Of a stretch of 32,000 nucleotides of DNA, positions 16,305 through 24,624 are shown in pieces. Source of the DNA: Erysipelotrichaceae bacterium OH741_COT-311. GTDB lineage: Bacteria; Bacillota_I; Bacilli_A; Erysipelotrichales; Erysipelotrichaceae. The stretch covers positions 60,001 through 92,000 of the forward strand of contig RQZE01000001.1 in the NCBI GenBank assembly GCA_003858585.1. Direction: 5' to 3'. The stretch's first letter is position 1; the number at the start of each line of letters is the position of its first letter. The notes under the pieces are model-generated. The model saw only the letters and a list, made by a program, of their open reading frames with translations. It did no database searches and was not told the DNA's origin. Position numbers and translations under genes: made by a program.

Positions 16305-17803
16305 ATAGAATTATTTTGATCTTTAACAATAACATCATGTGCTCCACCTTCGATAATGGAAGTGCTTGACACTAATGTTAATTTCGCTTTTTGTTGAAGC
16401 TCTTTGATAGTTAATGCCCCACAATTACACATAGTTGATTTAATTTTATATAAAGTAATACCAACATTGTCCTTTAAAGTACCTGCATACGGAACATAAG
16501 AATCAACACCTTCTTCAAATTGTAGCTTATTAGCACCACCTAAATCATAACGTTGCCAATTACGTGCTCTTGCAGATCCTTCACCCCAATATTCTTTATA
16601 GTAAGAACCATTTAATAATACTTTATTAGTCGGTGCTTCTTCAAAACGTGAGAAATAACGACCAAGCATTACAAAATCACTGCCCATCGCCAATGCCAAA
16701 GTAATGTGATAATCATAAACGATACCACCATCTGCACATATTGGAATATAAATGCCTGTCTTTTCAAAGTATTCATCACGTGCTTTGGCAACATCAATCA
16801 CTGCAGTTGCTTGTCCACGTCCAATCCCCTTGGTTTCACGAGTAATACAAATACTTCCTCCACCAATACCTACTTTAATAAAATCTGCACCGGCTTCCGC
16901 TAAAAAGTCAAACCCATCTTTATCCACAACATTTCCTGCTCCTACCTTTACATCAGAACCATAGGTTTCTTTAATCCAAGTAATTGTATCCTTTTGCCAT
17001 TGACTGAATCCTTCTGAAGAATCAATACACAATACATCACAACCTGCTTGTAACAAAGCCGGAACACGTTCCTTATAATCTCTTGTATTAATACCTGCAC
17101 CAACAATGAAACGCTTATGATTATCCAGTAATTCATCTGGATATTCTTTATGTGATTCATAATCCTTACGGAATACTAAAAATTTTAAGCGATTGTCTGC
17201 ATCAATAATTGGAAGTGTGTTTAACTTATTATCCCAAATCATATCATTACATTCTTTTAACGTAATACCATCATATCCATAAACCAATTTATCAAAACCA
17301 GTCATAAATTCCTTTACAAGTTCATTACCTGATATACGACTTAAACGATAATCCCTTGAAGTAATCATACCGACCAATTTACCATTTGAAGTACCATCAT
17401 CCGTAACCGCAACAGTGGAATGTCCAGTTGTTTCCACCAACTTAATCAATTCATTCATTGTCGCATCTGGCTTAATATTTGAATCACTTACTACAAAACC
17501 TGCTTTATAATTTTTTACTCTAGCTACCATATTTGCTTGAGATTCAATCGATTGAGAACCATAAATAAAGGAAATCCCACCTTGTTTTGCCAAAGCAATT
17601 GCCATATCTTCCCCAGATACGGATTGCATAATAGCACTAACCATAGGTATACGTAGTGAAATCGATGCTTCCTGACCTCTATTAAACTTAACAAGAGGAG
17701 TATGTAATCTTACATTATTAGGTGTATGCTCACTTGAAGAGTAACCGGGAACCAATAGATATTCACTAAATGTGTGAGATGGTTGATCAAAATAAAATGC
17801 CAT
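16298..17803 (-). CDS. guaB: IMP dehydrogenase (CBS-domain-containing, '[10 protein letters not shown]' catalytic loop type)
   Basis: 501 aa. The N-terminus is '[12 protein letters not shown]' and the catalytic Cys loop is '[24 protein letters not shown]'. A CBS pair lies at about residues 95-210. 'GGAHDV' is near the C-terminus. Confidence 0.9.
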   Translation of the reverse strand: MAFYFDQPSHTFSEYLLVPGYSSSEHTPNNVRLHTPLVKFNRGQEASISLRIPMVSAIMQSVSGEDMAIALAKQGGISFIYGSQSIESQANMVARVKNYKAGFVVSDSNIKPDATMNELIKLVETTGHSTVAVTDDGTSNGKLVGMITSRDYRLSRISGNELVKEFMTGFDKLVYGYDGITLKECNDMIWDNKLNTLPIIDADNRLKFLVFRKDYESHKEYPDELLDNHKRFIVGAGINTRDYKERVPALLQAGCDVLCIDSSEGFSQWQKDTITWIKETYGSDVKVGAGNVVDKDGFDFLAEAGADFIKVGIGGGSICITRETKGIGRGQATAVIDVAKARDEYFEKTGIYIPICADGGIVYDYHITLALAMGSDFVMLGRYFSRFEEAPTNKVLLNGSYYKEYWGEGSARARNWQRYDLGGANKLQFEEGVDSYVPYAGTLKDNVGITLYKIKSTMCNCGALTIKELQQKAKLTLVSSTSIIEGGAHDVIVKDQNNSIK

Positions 17804-17834
17804 GAATGATTTCCTCCTAAAATATATTTGATTT

Positions 17835-17862
17835 ATTATAATGCGAATACTTTCATTTGTAA
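17835..17862 (-). promoter_or_regulatory. Putative promoter of the IMPDH gene (TTACAA-16-TATAAT)
   Basis: The minus strand reads TTACAA (17862..17857), a 16-nt spacer, then TATAAT (17840..17835). The leader to the SD 'TAGGAGGA' is short, leaving no room for a riboswitch. Confidence 0.4.
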
Positions 17863-18004
17863 ATATAATTTACCACAAAAACAAAAATTCTTAAATCATA
17901 AAGTATTTATCATCCTATTCAAAAATCACATATACTTAATAATGATTTGATTCTATTAGAGAATATATAAAACATTGATAATTACCTTATTTATCCCTTT
18001 ATTA

Positions 18005-18033
18005 TTGTGCAAGTATATATCTTATGTTAAAAT
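18005..18033 (+). promoter_or_regulatory. Putative TG-extended promoter of proS (TTGTGC-17-TAAAAT)
   Basis: TTGTGC is at 18005..18010, followed by a spacer ending in TGT and TAAAAT at 18028..18033. The SD TAGGAG is at 18043 and the ATG at 18059. Confidence 0.35.
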
Positions 18034-18058
18034 TTTTTATACTAGGAGTTTAAACATT

Positions 18059-19753
18059 ATGAAATTAAGTCAAAGTTTTTTTTATACTTTAAGAGAAAAT
18101 GTAAAAGATGAAGATTCAACAAGTGGTAATTTATTAGTACGTAGTGGAATGATTAAAAAAACATCTGCAGGTGTTTATATGCTAATGCCGCTTGGCTATA
18201 AAGTACAAAATAAAATTATCAACATTATTCGTGAAGAAATGAATCGTGCTGGAGCTTTAGAAGTAAGTATGCCTGCTTTATTACAAGAAGAAGTGTACAT
18301 TAAATCAGGGCGATTAGAAAATTTTGGTAATAGTATTTTTAAACTAAACGATCGTTTTAAAAAACCCTTTGTATTAGGTCCAACTCATGAAGAATTATTT
18401 GCAATGGCAGCAAGCATGAAAATTAGATCGTATAAAGACATGCCATTTAATCTATACCAATTTCAAACGAAATTTCGTGATGAACCAAGACCTCGTTTTG
18501 GTCTAATTCGTGTGCGAGAATTTACTATGAAAGATGCTTATTCTTTTGATATAAATGAAGAAGGATTGCATGTAAGTTATCAAAAAATGTTTGATGCTTA
18601 TGTCAACAGCTTTAATCGTATGCACTTAGACTATAAAATTGTAACAGCTGATACCGGAGTTATGGGTGGATTATTGTCAGAAGAATTCCAAGCAGTAACG
18701 GATATTGGTGAAGATATTCTTGTATTATGTAACCAATGTGATTTTGCAAGTAATATTGAAGTTGCCAAATGTACATTTAAAGAAGTACCTTCAACCATTC
18801 AACAACTGGATAAAGAATTAATTTATACACCCAATGCCAAAACAATTGAAGAAGTATGTCAGTTCTTACAACGTGATGCCAAAGACTTTGTTAAAACATT
18901 AATCTATAAAGTAGATAACCAAGTAGTCGCATGTCTTGTTAAAGGTGATGATGAAGTCAATGAGACAAAGCTTAGAAAGTTATTCCAAGCAAATGAAGTA
19001 GAACTTGCATCAAGTGATATTGTAGAAGAAATTACTCATGCAAAAGTTGGCTTTGCTGGGCCAATTCATCTAGAATGTCCAATTATCATGGATCAAGAAA
19101 TTCAAAACATGCGTAATTTTGTTGTTGGTGCCAACCAAAATGATTATCATTATGTAAATGTAAATCAAAAAGATTTTCAGGTAACTAAAATTGCAGATAT
19201 ACGTAACATTAAAGAACAAGATGATTGTCCATGTTGTAATGGAAAAATCTACTTTAAAAAAGGAATTGAAATTGGTAATACCTTTAAACTTGGTGAAAAG
19301 TATTCAAAAGCTTTAAACTTACAATATTTAAATAAAGAAAATCATTTAGAATATGTTTGGATGGGATCTTATGGAATTGGTCCCGGTCGTTGTATGGCAG
19401 CCATTGCAGAACAAAATGCGGATGAATATGGGATTAAATGGCCAATTAGTGTTGCACCATTCGAAGTAGCAATATGCTTAATCTCTTTAAAAGATGAACT
19501 GCAAGTTCAATATGCAAATGATTTATATGATACTTTACAAAAATTAAACATCGATGTTGTACTGGATGATCGTGACGAACGTCCTGGAGTTAAATTTAAA
19601 GATTTAGAGTTAATCGGTGTTCCATACCGTATTACAATTGGAAAGAAGTTTCAAGAACATATGGTTGAATTTAAATCTCGTGATGGTCGTATCAATGAAG
19701 ATGTTTCTATTGATACACTTGTTACTTACTTAAAAAATTTATTACAAAAATAA
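18059..19753 (+). CDS. proS: Proline--tRNA ligase (bacterial type with INS editing domain)
   Basis: Class II motifs are present ('FRDEPRPRFGLIRVREF', 'GSYGIGPGR'). An inserted editing domain spans about residues 230-400, and a C-terminal anticodon-binding domain follows. The start is the ATG at 18059 behind the SD. The tracked TTG at 17975 adds an implausible hydrophobic extension. Confidence 0.95.
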   Translation: MKLSQSFFYTLRENVKDEDSTSGNLLVRSGMIKKTSAGVYMLMPLGYKVQNKIINIIREEMNRAGALEVSMPALLQEEVYIKSGRLENFGNSIFKLNDRFKKPFVLGPTHEELFAMAASMKIRSYKDMPFNLYQFQTKFRDEPRPRFGLIRVREFTMKDAYSFDINEEGLHVSYQKMFDAYVNSFNRMHLDYKIVTADTGVMGGLLSEEFQAVTDIGEDILVLCNQCDFASNIEVAKCTFKEVPSTIQQLDKELIYTPNAKTIEEVCQFLQRDAKDFVKTLIYKVDNQVVACLVKGDDEVNETKLRKLFQANEVELASSDIVEEITHAKVGFAGPIHLECPIIMDQEIQNMRNFVVGANQNDYHYVNVNQKDFQVTKIADIRNIKEQDDCPCCNGKIYFKKGIEIGNTFKLGEKYSKALNLQYLNKENHLEYVWMGSYGIGPGRCMAAIAEQNADEYGIKWPISVAPFEVAICLISLKDELQVQYANDLYDTLQKLNIDVVLDDRDERPGVKFKDLELIGVPYRITIGKKFQEHMVEFKSRDGRINEDVSIDTLVTYLKNLLQK

Positions 19754-19776
19754 AAAGCATGGAAACATGCTTTTTA
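19752..19776. terminator. Bidirectional terminator between convergent proS and transketolase
   Basis: The hairpin is AAAAGCATG-gaaa-CATGCTTTTT. It overlaps both stop codons. Confidence 0.7.
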
Positions 19777-20697
19777 TAATACTTCTTTTACTTTTTTTAC
19801 AATATCTTCACTATCTAAATGATATTTAACTAATAACTTTTCAAATGGACCTGATTCAGCAAAACAATCATAAATACCCATGCGATGAATAAGTTTTGGA
19901 CACTTACTTGTTGACACTTCAGCAATTGCAGCCCCCAAGCCACCAATTACGTTATGCTCTTCAGCAGTGATGATAACATCATGCTCTTTTAACATCTTGA
20001 ATACCCCTTCTTCATCTAAAGGTTTTAAACAGCTCACATTGACAACACTCATTTCAATACCTTCTTCTTGAAGTTTCTTTTGAGCTTTTAAAGCAGCCTG
20101 CGTCATTAAGCCTGTTGTAAAGATACATACGTTACTTCCCTTAGTGATTTGATGAATTTTACCAATTTCGAACTTTGTATCCTCATTAAAGACATCATCT
20201 ACTTTTGAACGACCTAAACGAACATAGCAAGGACCATCAATTTGACTTACATGACGAATAATCGCCTTTGTTTCTGTTGCATCACAAGGTTGATATACCT
20301 GCATACCAGGAATTGCACGCATTAAAGCAATATCTTCAATCGCTTGGTGAGATACACCATCTTCTCCAACTGCAATCCCAGCATGTGTACCACAAATCTT
20401 TACATTTAATCTTGGATAACCAATACTGTTACGTACTTGTTCCCAAGCTCTACCTGTTGCAAACATGGCAAATGTTGAAGCAAACACCGTATAACCACTT
20501 GATGCAAAACCGGCTGCCACACCCATCATATTAGCCTCAGCAATTCCCATATTGAAATGACGATTTGGAACTTTACTTTGAGCAACACTTGTCTTCGTTG
20601 ATTTTGTTAAATCGGCATCTAGTACAACAATCTTTTCATTTTCTAAAATTAATTGACCTAAAATATCACCATAGGCTTCTCTTGTAGCTTGTCCCAT
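19774..20697 (-). CDS. Transketolase, C-terminal (pyrimidine-binding) subunit
   Basis: 307 aa starting at 'MGQATREAYGD'. It covers the Pyr-binding and C-terminal domains. The SD GGAGGT lies upstream. Its ATG overlaps the stop of the upstream subunit as TAATG. Confidence 0.92.
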   Translation of the reverse strand: MGQATREAYGDILGQLILENEKIVVLDADLTKSTKTSVAQSKVPNRHFNMGIAEANMMGVAAGFASSGYTVFASTFAMFATGRAWEQVRNSIGYPRLNVKICGTHAGIAVGEDGVSHQAIEDIALMRAIPGMQVYQPCDATETKAIIRHVSQIDGPCYVRLGRSKVDDVFNEDTKFEIGKIHQITKGSNVCIFTTGLMTQAALKAQKKLQEEGIEMSVVNVSCLKPLDEEGVFKMLKEHDVIITAEEHNVIGGLGAAIAEVSTSKCPKLIHRMGIYDCFAESGPFEKLLVKYHLDSEDIVKKVKEVL

Positions 20698-21515
20698 TAT
20701 AATACCTCCAATTCTGCTAATGCTTTTGCTAATTCCTCTGCATTTGGTGCAACTCCATGCCATCCTGCATTATGTTCCATAAAAGATACACCCTTACCTT
20801 TTACTGTATGAGCTAAAATCATTGTTGGTTTTCCTTTTACATTACGAGCATGTTTTAATGCAGCATCAATTGCATCATAATCATGACCATCAATAACTTC
20901 GACTTCAAAACCGAATGCCTTAAATTTTTCATCAATTGGAATTGGATTCATTACTTTCGTAATATCACCGTCAATTTGTAAACCGTTAAAGTCTACAATT
21001 ACAACTAAATTATCTAATTTATAATGTGCTGCAGCCATAGCCGCTTCCCAAACTTGTCCTTCTTGACATTCACCATCACCAAGTAAAGCATATACACGAT
21101 AGTCATTTTTAGCTAATTTATTAGCCATTGCCATTCCTACAGCAGCACTTACTCCTTGCCCTAAAGAACCGGTTGACATATCAACACCTGCAACATAATT
21201 CATATTTGGATGTCCTTGTAACTTTGAATCAATGAAACGGAAAGTCATTAAATCCTCATTCAACAATCCTTTTTCATGTAAAGTGGAATATAAAAGTGCT
21301 GAAGCATGCCCTTTCGATAATACAAAACGATCGCGATTTACGCCCCCTACATTTTCAGCATGAATGTTCATCTCATTGAAATACAAAACGGTTAGAATAT
21401 CTGTTGCACTTAAAGCCCCGCCAATATGTCCGGAATTGGCATTTGCTACCATTTTTACAATATTCTTACGAATATTTTTCGCATGGTTTTTTAAACTAAT
21501 TTTATCCACAATCAT
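20697..21515 (-). CDS. Transketolase, N-terminal (thiamine-diphosphate-binding) subunit
   Basis: 272 aa. The ThDP motif 'GDGECQEGQVWEA' and 'SKGHA' are present. This is the typical two-gene split transketolase arrangement. Confidence 0.92.
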   Translation of the reverse strand: MIVDKISLKNHAKNIRKNIVKMVANANSGHIGGALSATDILTVLYFNEMNIHAENVGGVNRDRFVLSKGHASALLYSTLHEKGLLNEDLMTFRFIDSKLQGHPNMNYVAGVDMSTGSLGQGVSAAVGMAMANKLAKNDYRVYALLGDGECQEGQVWEAAMAAAHYKLDNLVVIVDFNGLQIDGDITKVMNPIPIDEKFKAFGFEVEVIDGHDYDAIDAALKHARNVKGKPTMILAHTVKGKGVSFMEHNAGWHGVAPNAEELAKALAELEVL

Positions 21516-21596
21516 TCTCCTTTACTTAATTATTATAACAAATAAAGCTCTTTGTTTAAATAAACTAAAAGCTCAAATACATGATTTTATGATTAA

Positions 21597-21621
21597 TTAA
21601 AAATACTGCTATGCAGTATTT
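21597..21621 (-). terminator. Rho-independent terminator after thrS
   Basis: AATACTGC-ata-GCAGTATT is followed by TTTTAATT on the minus strand, immediately after the thrS stop at 21622. Confidence 0.65.
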
Positions 21622-23385
21622 TTATTGATGAATCACCTTTGTATCAATTTCATTTAAAATTAATTTAACAAACTCTTGAATAGTCAATGTTCTAGAATCT
21701 TTGCCCTTATATCTTCTTAATGTAACACTACGACTTTCTTGTTCCCCATCTCCTAGTACCAATTGAATTGGTATTTTCTTCGTTTGAGCCTCACGCAAAC
21801 GATACCCTAGCTTTTCGTTACGATCATCTACAGAAACACGAATCTTATGCTTTAATAATTCTTGTTCAATTTCTCTTGCATAATCTACATGCAATTGTGG
21901 ATGAACAGGAATAATTTTAACTTGCTCCGGAGCCAACCACGTTGGAAATGCCCCTTTAAATTCTTCAATAATAAAAGCTGTAAAACGTTCAAATGTACCT
22001 AAAATGGCTCTATGAATTACTACAGGAACTTCTTTTTCACCATTTTGATTAATATAAAATAATTCAAACTTTCTAGGTAACAAGAAATCCAATTGACATG
22101 TAGAAAGTGTTAATTCATGTCCAAGAGCTGTTTTAATCTGTACATCTAATTTTGGACCATAAAAGGCAGCTTCATTTTTCGCTTCAAAGAAATCTAACTG
22201 CAATTCTGTTAAAATCTCACGCAATGAAGTCTCAGCTAATTCCCACATCTCATCATCATCAAAATATTTTTCTTTATTTTCTTTATCTCTTAATGATAAG
22301 CGGAATTGATATTCTTTAATACCAAAATCTTTATATACATCTAGAATTAAATCAACTACATTTTTTACTTCTTCTTTAATTTGATCCGGTCTTACAAATA
22401 AATGCGCATCATTTTGACACATTCCACGAACACGTTCTAACCCTGTTACAGCACCGGAAGCTTCATATCTAAAATCATGCCCTAATTCTCCTAAACGAAC
22501 CGGTAAATCTCGATAAGAATGCAAACTATTTTTATAAATTAACATGTGATGCGGACAATTCATTGGACGCAATACAATTTCTTCTTTATCTACCGCCATA
22601 ATTGGAAACATATTTTCTTTATAATGATCCCAATGTCCTGATGTTTTATATAAAGCAGAAGAACCTAAACATGGAGTATATACATGTAAATAACCTTTTT
22701 CAAGTTCTTTATCCACAATATAGCGTTCTAACAAGCGACGGATAATTGATCCATTTGGTAACCACAAAGGTAACCCTGGACCCACTAAACTTGATGTCAT
22801 AAATAAATCAAGTTCCTTACTTAATTTACGATGATCTCTACTTTTGCGTTCTTCTAAGATAGCTAAATGATTTGCTAAATCTTCTTCGTTATCAAAACAA
22901 ATACCATAGATTCTTTGTAGCATTTTATTTTTAGAATCTCCTTTAAAGTAAGCTCCCGATACCTTTAAAAGTTTAAAATGTCTTAACTCCTTTGTACTTT
23001 CAATATGAGGACCACGACATAAATCTGTAAAGTCTCCTTGTGAGTAAATAGAAATCACTTGACTTTCTTCATTCATGTTTGTTATTAAATCTACTTTATA
23101 TTCATCATGTTCAAACATGGCAAGAGCTTCTTCTTTCGAAAGTTCTTTTCGTACAATGCGCTTATTGTCTTTCGCAACTTTCTTCATTTCCTTTTCAATT
23201 TTAGGTAAATCTTCTTCCTTAATCGCAACATCACCTAAATCCATATCATAATAAAAACCCTCTGAAATTACTGGTCCTACCCAAAACTTCGCTTGAGGAT
23301 ATAAATGTTTTACTGCCTGTGCTAATAGATGTGCACAACTATGATTTAAAACACTTAAACGAGCATCTTCTTTAATATTAATCAT
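21622..23385 (-). CDS. thrS: Threonine--tRNA ligase (no N-terminal TGS domain)
   Basis: 587 aa. It begins at the editing (second additional) domain with the '[10 protein letters not shown]' HxxxH motif. The class II catalytic core and anticodon-binding domain are intact. Confidence 0.95.
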   Translation of the reverse strand: MINIKEDARLSVLNHSCAHLLAQAVKHLYPQAKFWVGPVISEGFYYDMDLGDVAIKEEDLPKIEKEMKKVAKDNKRIVRKELSKEEALAMFEHDEYKVDLITNMNEESQVISIYSQGDFTDLCRGPHIESTKELRHFKLLKVSGAYFKGDSKNKMLQRIYGICFDNEEDLANHLAILEERKSRDHRKLSKELDLFMTSSLVGPGLPLWLPNGSIIRRLLERYIVDKELEKGYLHVYTPCLGSSALYKTSGHWDHYKENMFPIMAVDKEEIVLRPMNCPHHMLIYKNSLHSYRDLPVRLGELGHDFRYEASGAVTGLERVRGMCQNDAHLFVRPDQIKEEVKNVVDLILDVYKDFGIKEYQFRLSLRDKENKEKYFDDDEMWELAETSLREILTELQLDFFEAKNEAAFYGPKLDVQIKTALGHELTLSTCQLDFLLPRKFELFYINQNGEKEVPVVIHRAILGTFERFTAFIIEEFKGAFPTWLAPEQVKIIPVHPQLHVDYAREIEQELLKHKIRVSVDDRNEKLGYRLREAQTKKIPIQLVLGDGEQESRSVTLRRYKGKDSRTLTIQEFVKLILNEIDTKVIHQ

Positions 23386-23404
23386 AATTCTTCCCTTCTT
23401 TCTA

Positions 23405-23618
23405 AATAAAAAACGTCCTTATTATAAGGACGAATTATTCGCGGTACCACCTTAATTTCTATGCAGATACATAGACCCTTTCGCCATTTAACGCATGGTA
23501 GACGGCATTGATTAAATGCTACTTACAAGGAGTAACTATTAAGGTTATCAATAATCTTTCACCAACCGACTATCTCTCTTATCTAACACTTAATAATCAT
23601 GTCTTGATCACTGTATAT
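23405..23618 (-). promoter_or_regulatory. T-box riboswitch leader (threonine specifier) controlling thrS
   Basis: On the minus strand, stem I reads 'AGAGAGATAGTCGGTTGGTGAAAG'. The candidate ACC specifier is the complement of 23543..23545. The T-box core is 'AAGGTGGTACCGCG' (complement of about 23441..23454). The terminator is CGTCCTTA-taa-TAAGGACG plus TTTTTT (23405..23432). Confidence 0.85.
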
Positions 23619-23624
23619 GATTAA

Positions 23625-23652
23625 AGTATAGCTTTTAAAACGAAATTGTCAA
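23625..23652 (-). promoter_or_regulatory. Putative promoter of the thrS leader (TTGACA-16-TATACT)
   Basis: The minus strand reads TTGACA (23652..23647), a 16-nt spacer, then TATACT (23630..23625). Confidence 0.5.
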
Positions 23653-23663
23653 TTCTTTTTTCT

Positions 23664-24530
23664 TTAGTTTTGATAATTTTTACCTATTTGATATAAATAT
23701 TCCATCAAATTATCTACTTGTTCATTTTTCATACGAGGTAACATAATTGTTTTTGCTTTATATCCAGGTTTTGGTATTAACAATAATGTATAATGTGTTT
23801 TTATACCATTTCTACGATGTACAGTTAAACGTGTGTTTTCAACATCATTTAAATCTGTAATACTTGGACTTGCAGAGGTAACAACTAAGCTATTGTCTAT
23901 AATTTCTACATCCTTATGAAAAGTATGTGTAGCTTCTGTATCAGCTAAACCTTCTTCTTTTAAACGAGCAATCATTTTATTCATATTACGATTTGTAACA
24001 ATATAAGAACCGCCAAACAATAAAATTGCACCAATCGCAATGACCAAATAAAATAGTACATCTGACAATTTATATTCAATAATTCCACCATATAAAACAG
24101 CTGAATCGGTAATATTATATTCTTCAAAAGCTTTAAATATATCTCCTCGATCCGTCGAATTCTTATAGAAGTTAAAGAAACCTTTTACTTTATAACTTTC
24201 CATCTTACCATCTAAAACATCTGTAACATTGTTATAAATCTTTGTAATAAAGTCAATATCTCCATCGATGAAGAACACCAATCCATCATCGGTAATCGCA
24301 TATACATACTTTTGGTTGCTATTTTCAAAGTCCTTAATATCTGAGGTAAATACAAGATTTGCATATACATATCTACGATCATCTAGACCTCTCATTGAAA
24401 AATTAATTTTTTGCGGTATTATAAAACGATAAACTACAAACGCTAAACCTAATAAACTAGCTAATGTAAAGATGCCTAAAACAATTTTTTGTACTATTGA
24501 TTTACTTCGTATTTTTTTAATTCTATCCAT
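23664..24530 (-). CDS. Hypothetical two-TM membrane protein
   Basis: 288 aa, with the SD 'GGGAGAA' 6 nt upstream. TM1 is 'IVLGIFTLASLLGLAFVVY' and TM2 is 'VLFYLVIAIGAILLFGGSYIV'. The segments are about 130 aa extracytoplasmic and about 105 aa C-terminal cytoplasmic. I recognise no family. Confidence 0.7.
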   Translation of the reverse strand: MDRIKKIRSKSIVQKIVLGIFTLASLLGLAFVVYRFIIPQKINFSMRGLDDRRYVYANLVFTSDIKDFENSNQKYVYAITDDGLVFFIDGDIDFITKIYNNVTDVLDGKMESYKVKGFFNFYKNSTDRGDIFKAFEEYNITDSAVLYGGIIEYKLSDVLFYLVIAIGAILLFGGSYIVTNRNMNKMIARLKEEGLADTEATHTFHKDVEIIDNSLVVTSASPSITDLNDVENTRLTVHRRNGIKTHYTLLLIPKPGYKAKTIMLPRMKNEQVDNLMEYLYQIGKNYQN

Positions 24531-24555
24531 ATTTATTTCTCCCGTTTCTTAGAAG

Positions 24556-24585
24556 ATTATATCACATCAAGTACCAATAATTCAA
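24556..24585 (-). promoter_or_regulatory. Putative TG-extended promoter of the 288-aa ORF (TTGAAT-18-TGaTATAAT)
   Basis: The minus strand reads TTGAAT (24585..24580), an 18-nt spacer, then TGATATAAT (24564..24556). The -35 overlaps the ppdK terminator stem. Confidence 0.4.
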
Positions 24586-24624
24586 AAAAAATATTGATGG
24601 AAAACCATCAATATTTTTTTTGAA
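24581..24624. terminator. Terminator after ppdK: perfect 20-bp inverted repeat
   Basis: TTCAAAAAAAATATTGATGG-aaaa-CCATCAATATTTTTTTTGAA sits immediately after the ppdK stop at 24625. Confidence 0.75.

Noticed and set aside
16706-17160. Three overlapping small ORFs are either antisense to or out of frame with the IMPDH gene (16706..16903, 16752..16964 and 16948..17160).
   Set aside because: All are shadows of the IMPDH reading frame. The Pro/Ser/Thr-rich translation of 16752..16964 is the antisense image of the Gly-rich catalytic region. None has a translation signal.
17975-18058. The ORF-track start of proS (TTG at 17975) gives a 28-aa hydrophobic N-terminal extension.
   Set aside because: The extension covers the predicted promoter and has no SD. 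The ATG at 18059 has TAGGAG 10 nt upstream, and the protein then begins 'MKLSQSFFYTLRE', as ProRS proteins normally do.
17804-18058. I looked for a purine riboswitch or PurR box upstream of the IMPDH gene, and for a T-box upstream of proS, in the 255-nt divergent intergenic region.
   Set aside because: The region is almost pure A/T with no GC-containing helices, no GGTGGTACC-type T-box core and no purine-riboswitch core. 'GCGAATAC' is only a poor PurBox match. The predicted leaders are too short for either element.
20698-20763. Either a 22-aa N-terminal extension of the transketolase C-terminal subunit overlapping the upstream subunit, or a frameshifted single tkt pseudogene.
   Set aside because: The internal ATG at 20697 has a GGAGGT SD and overlaps the upstream stop as TAATG. 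The two halves correspond exactly to the natural split-transketolase subunits, and no residues are missing at the junction.
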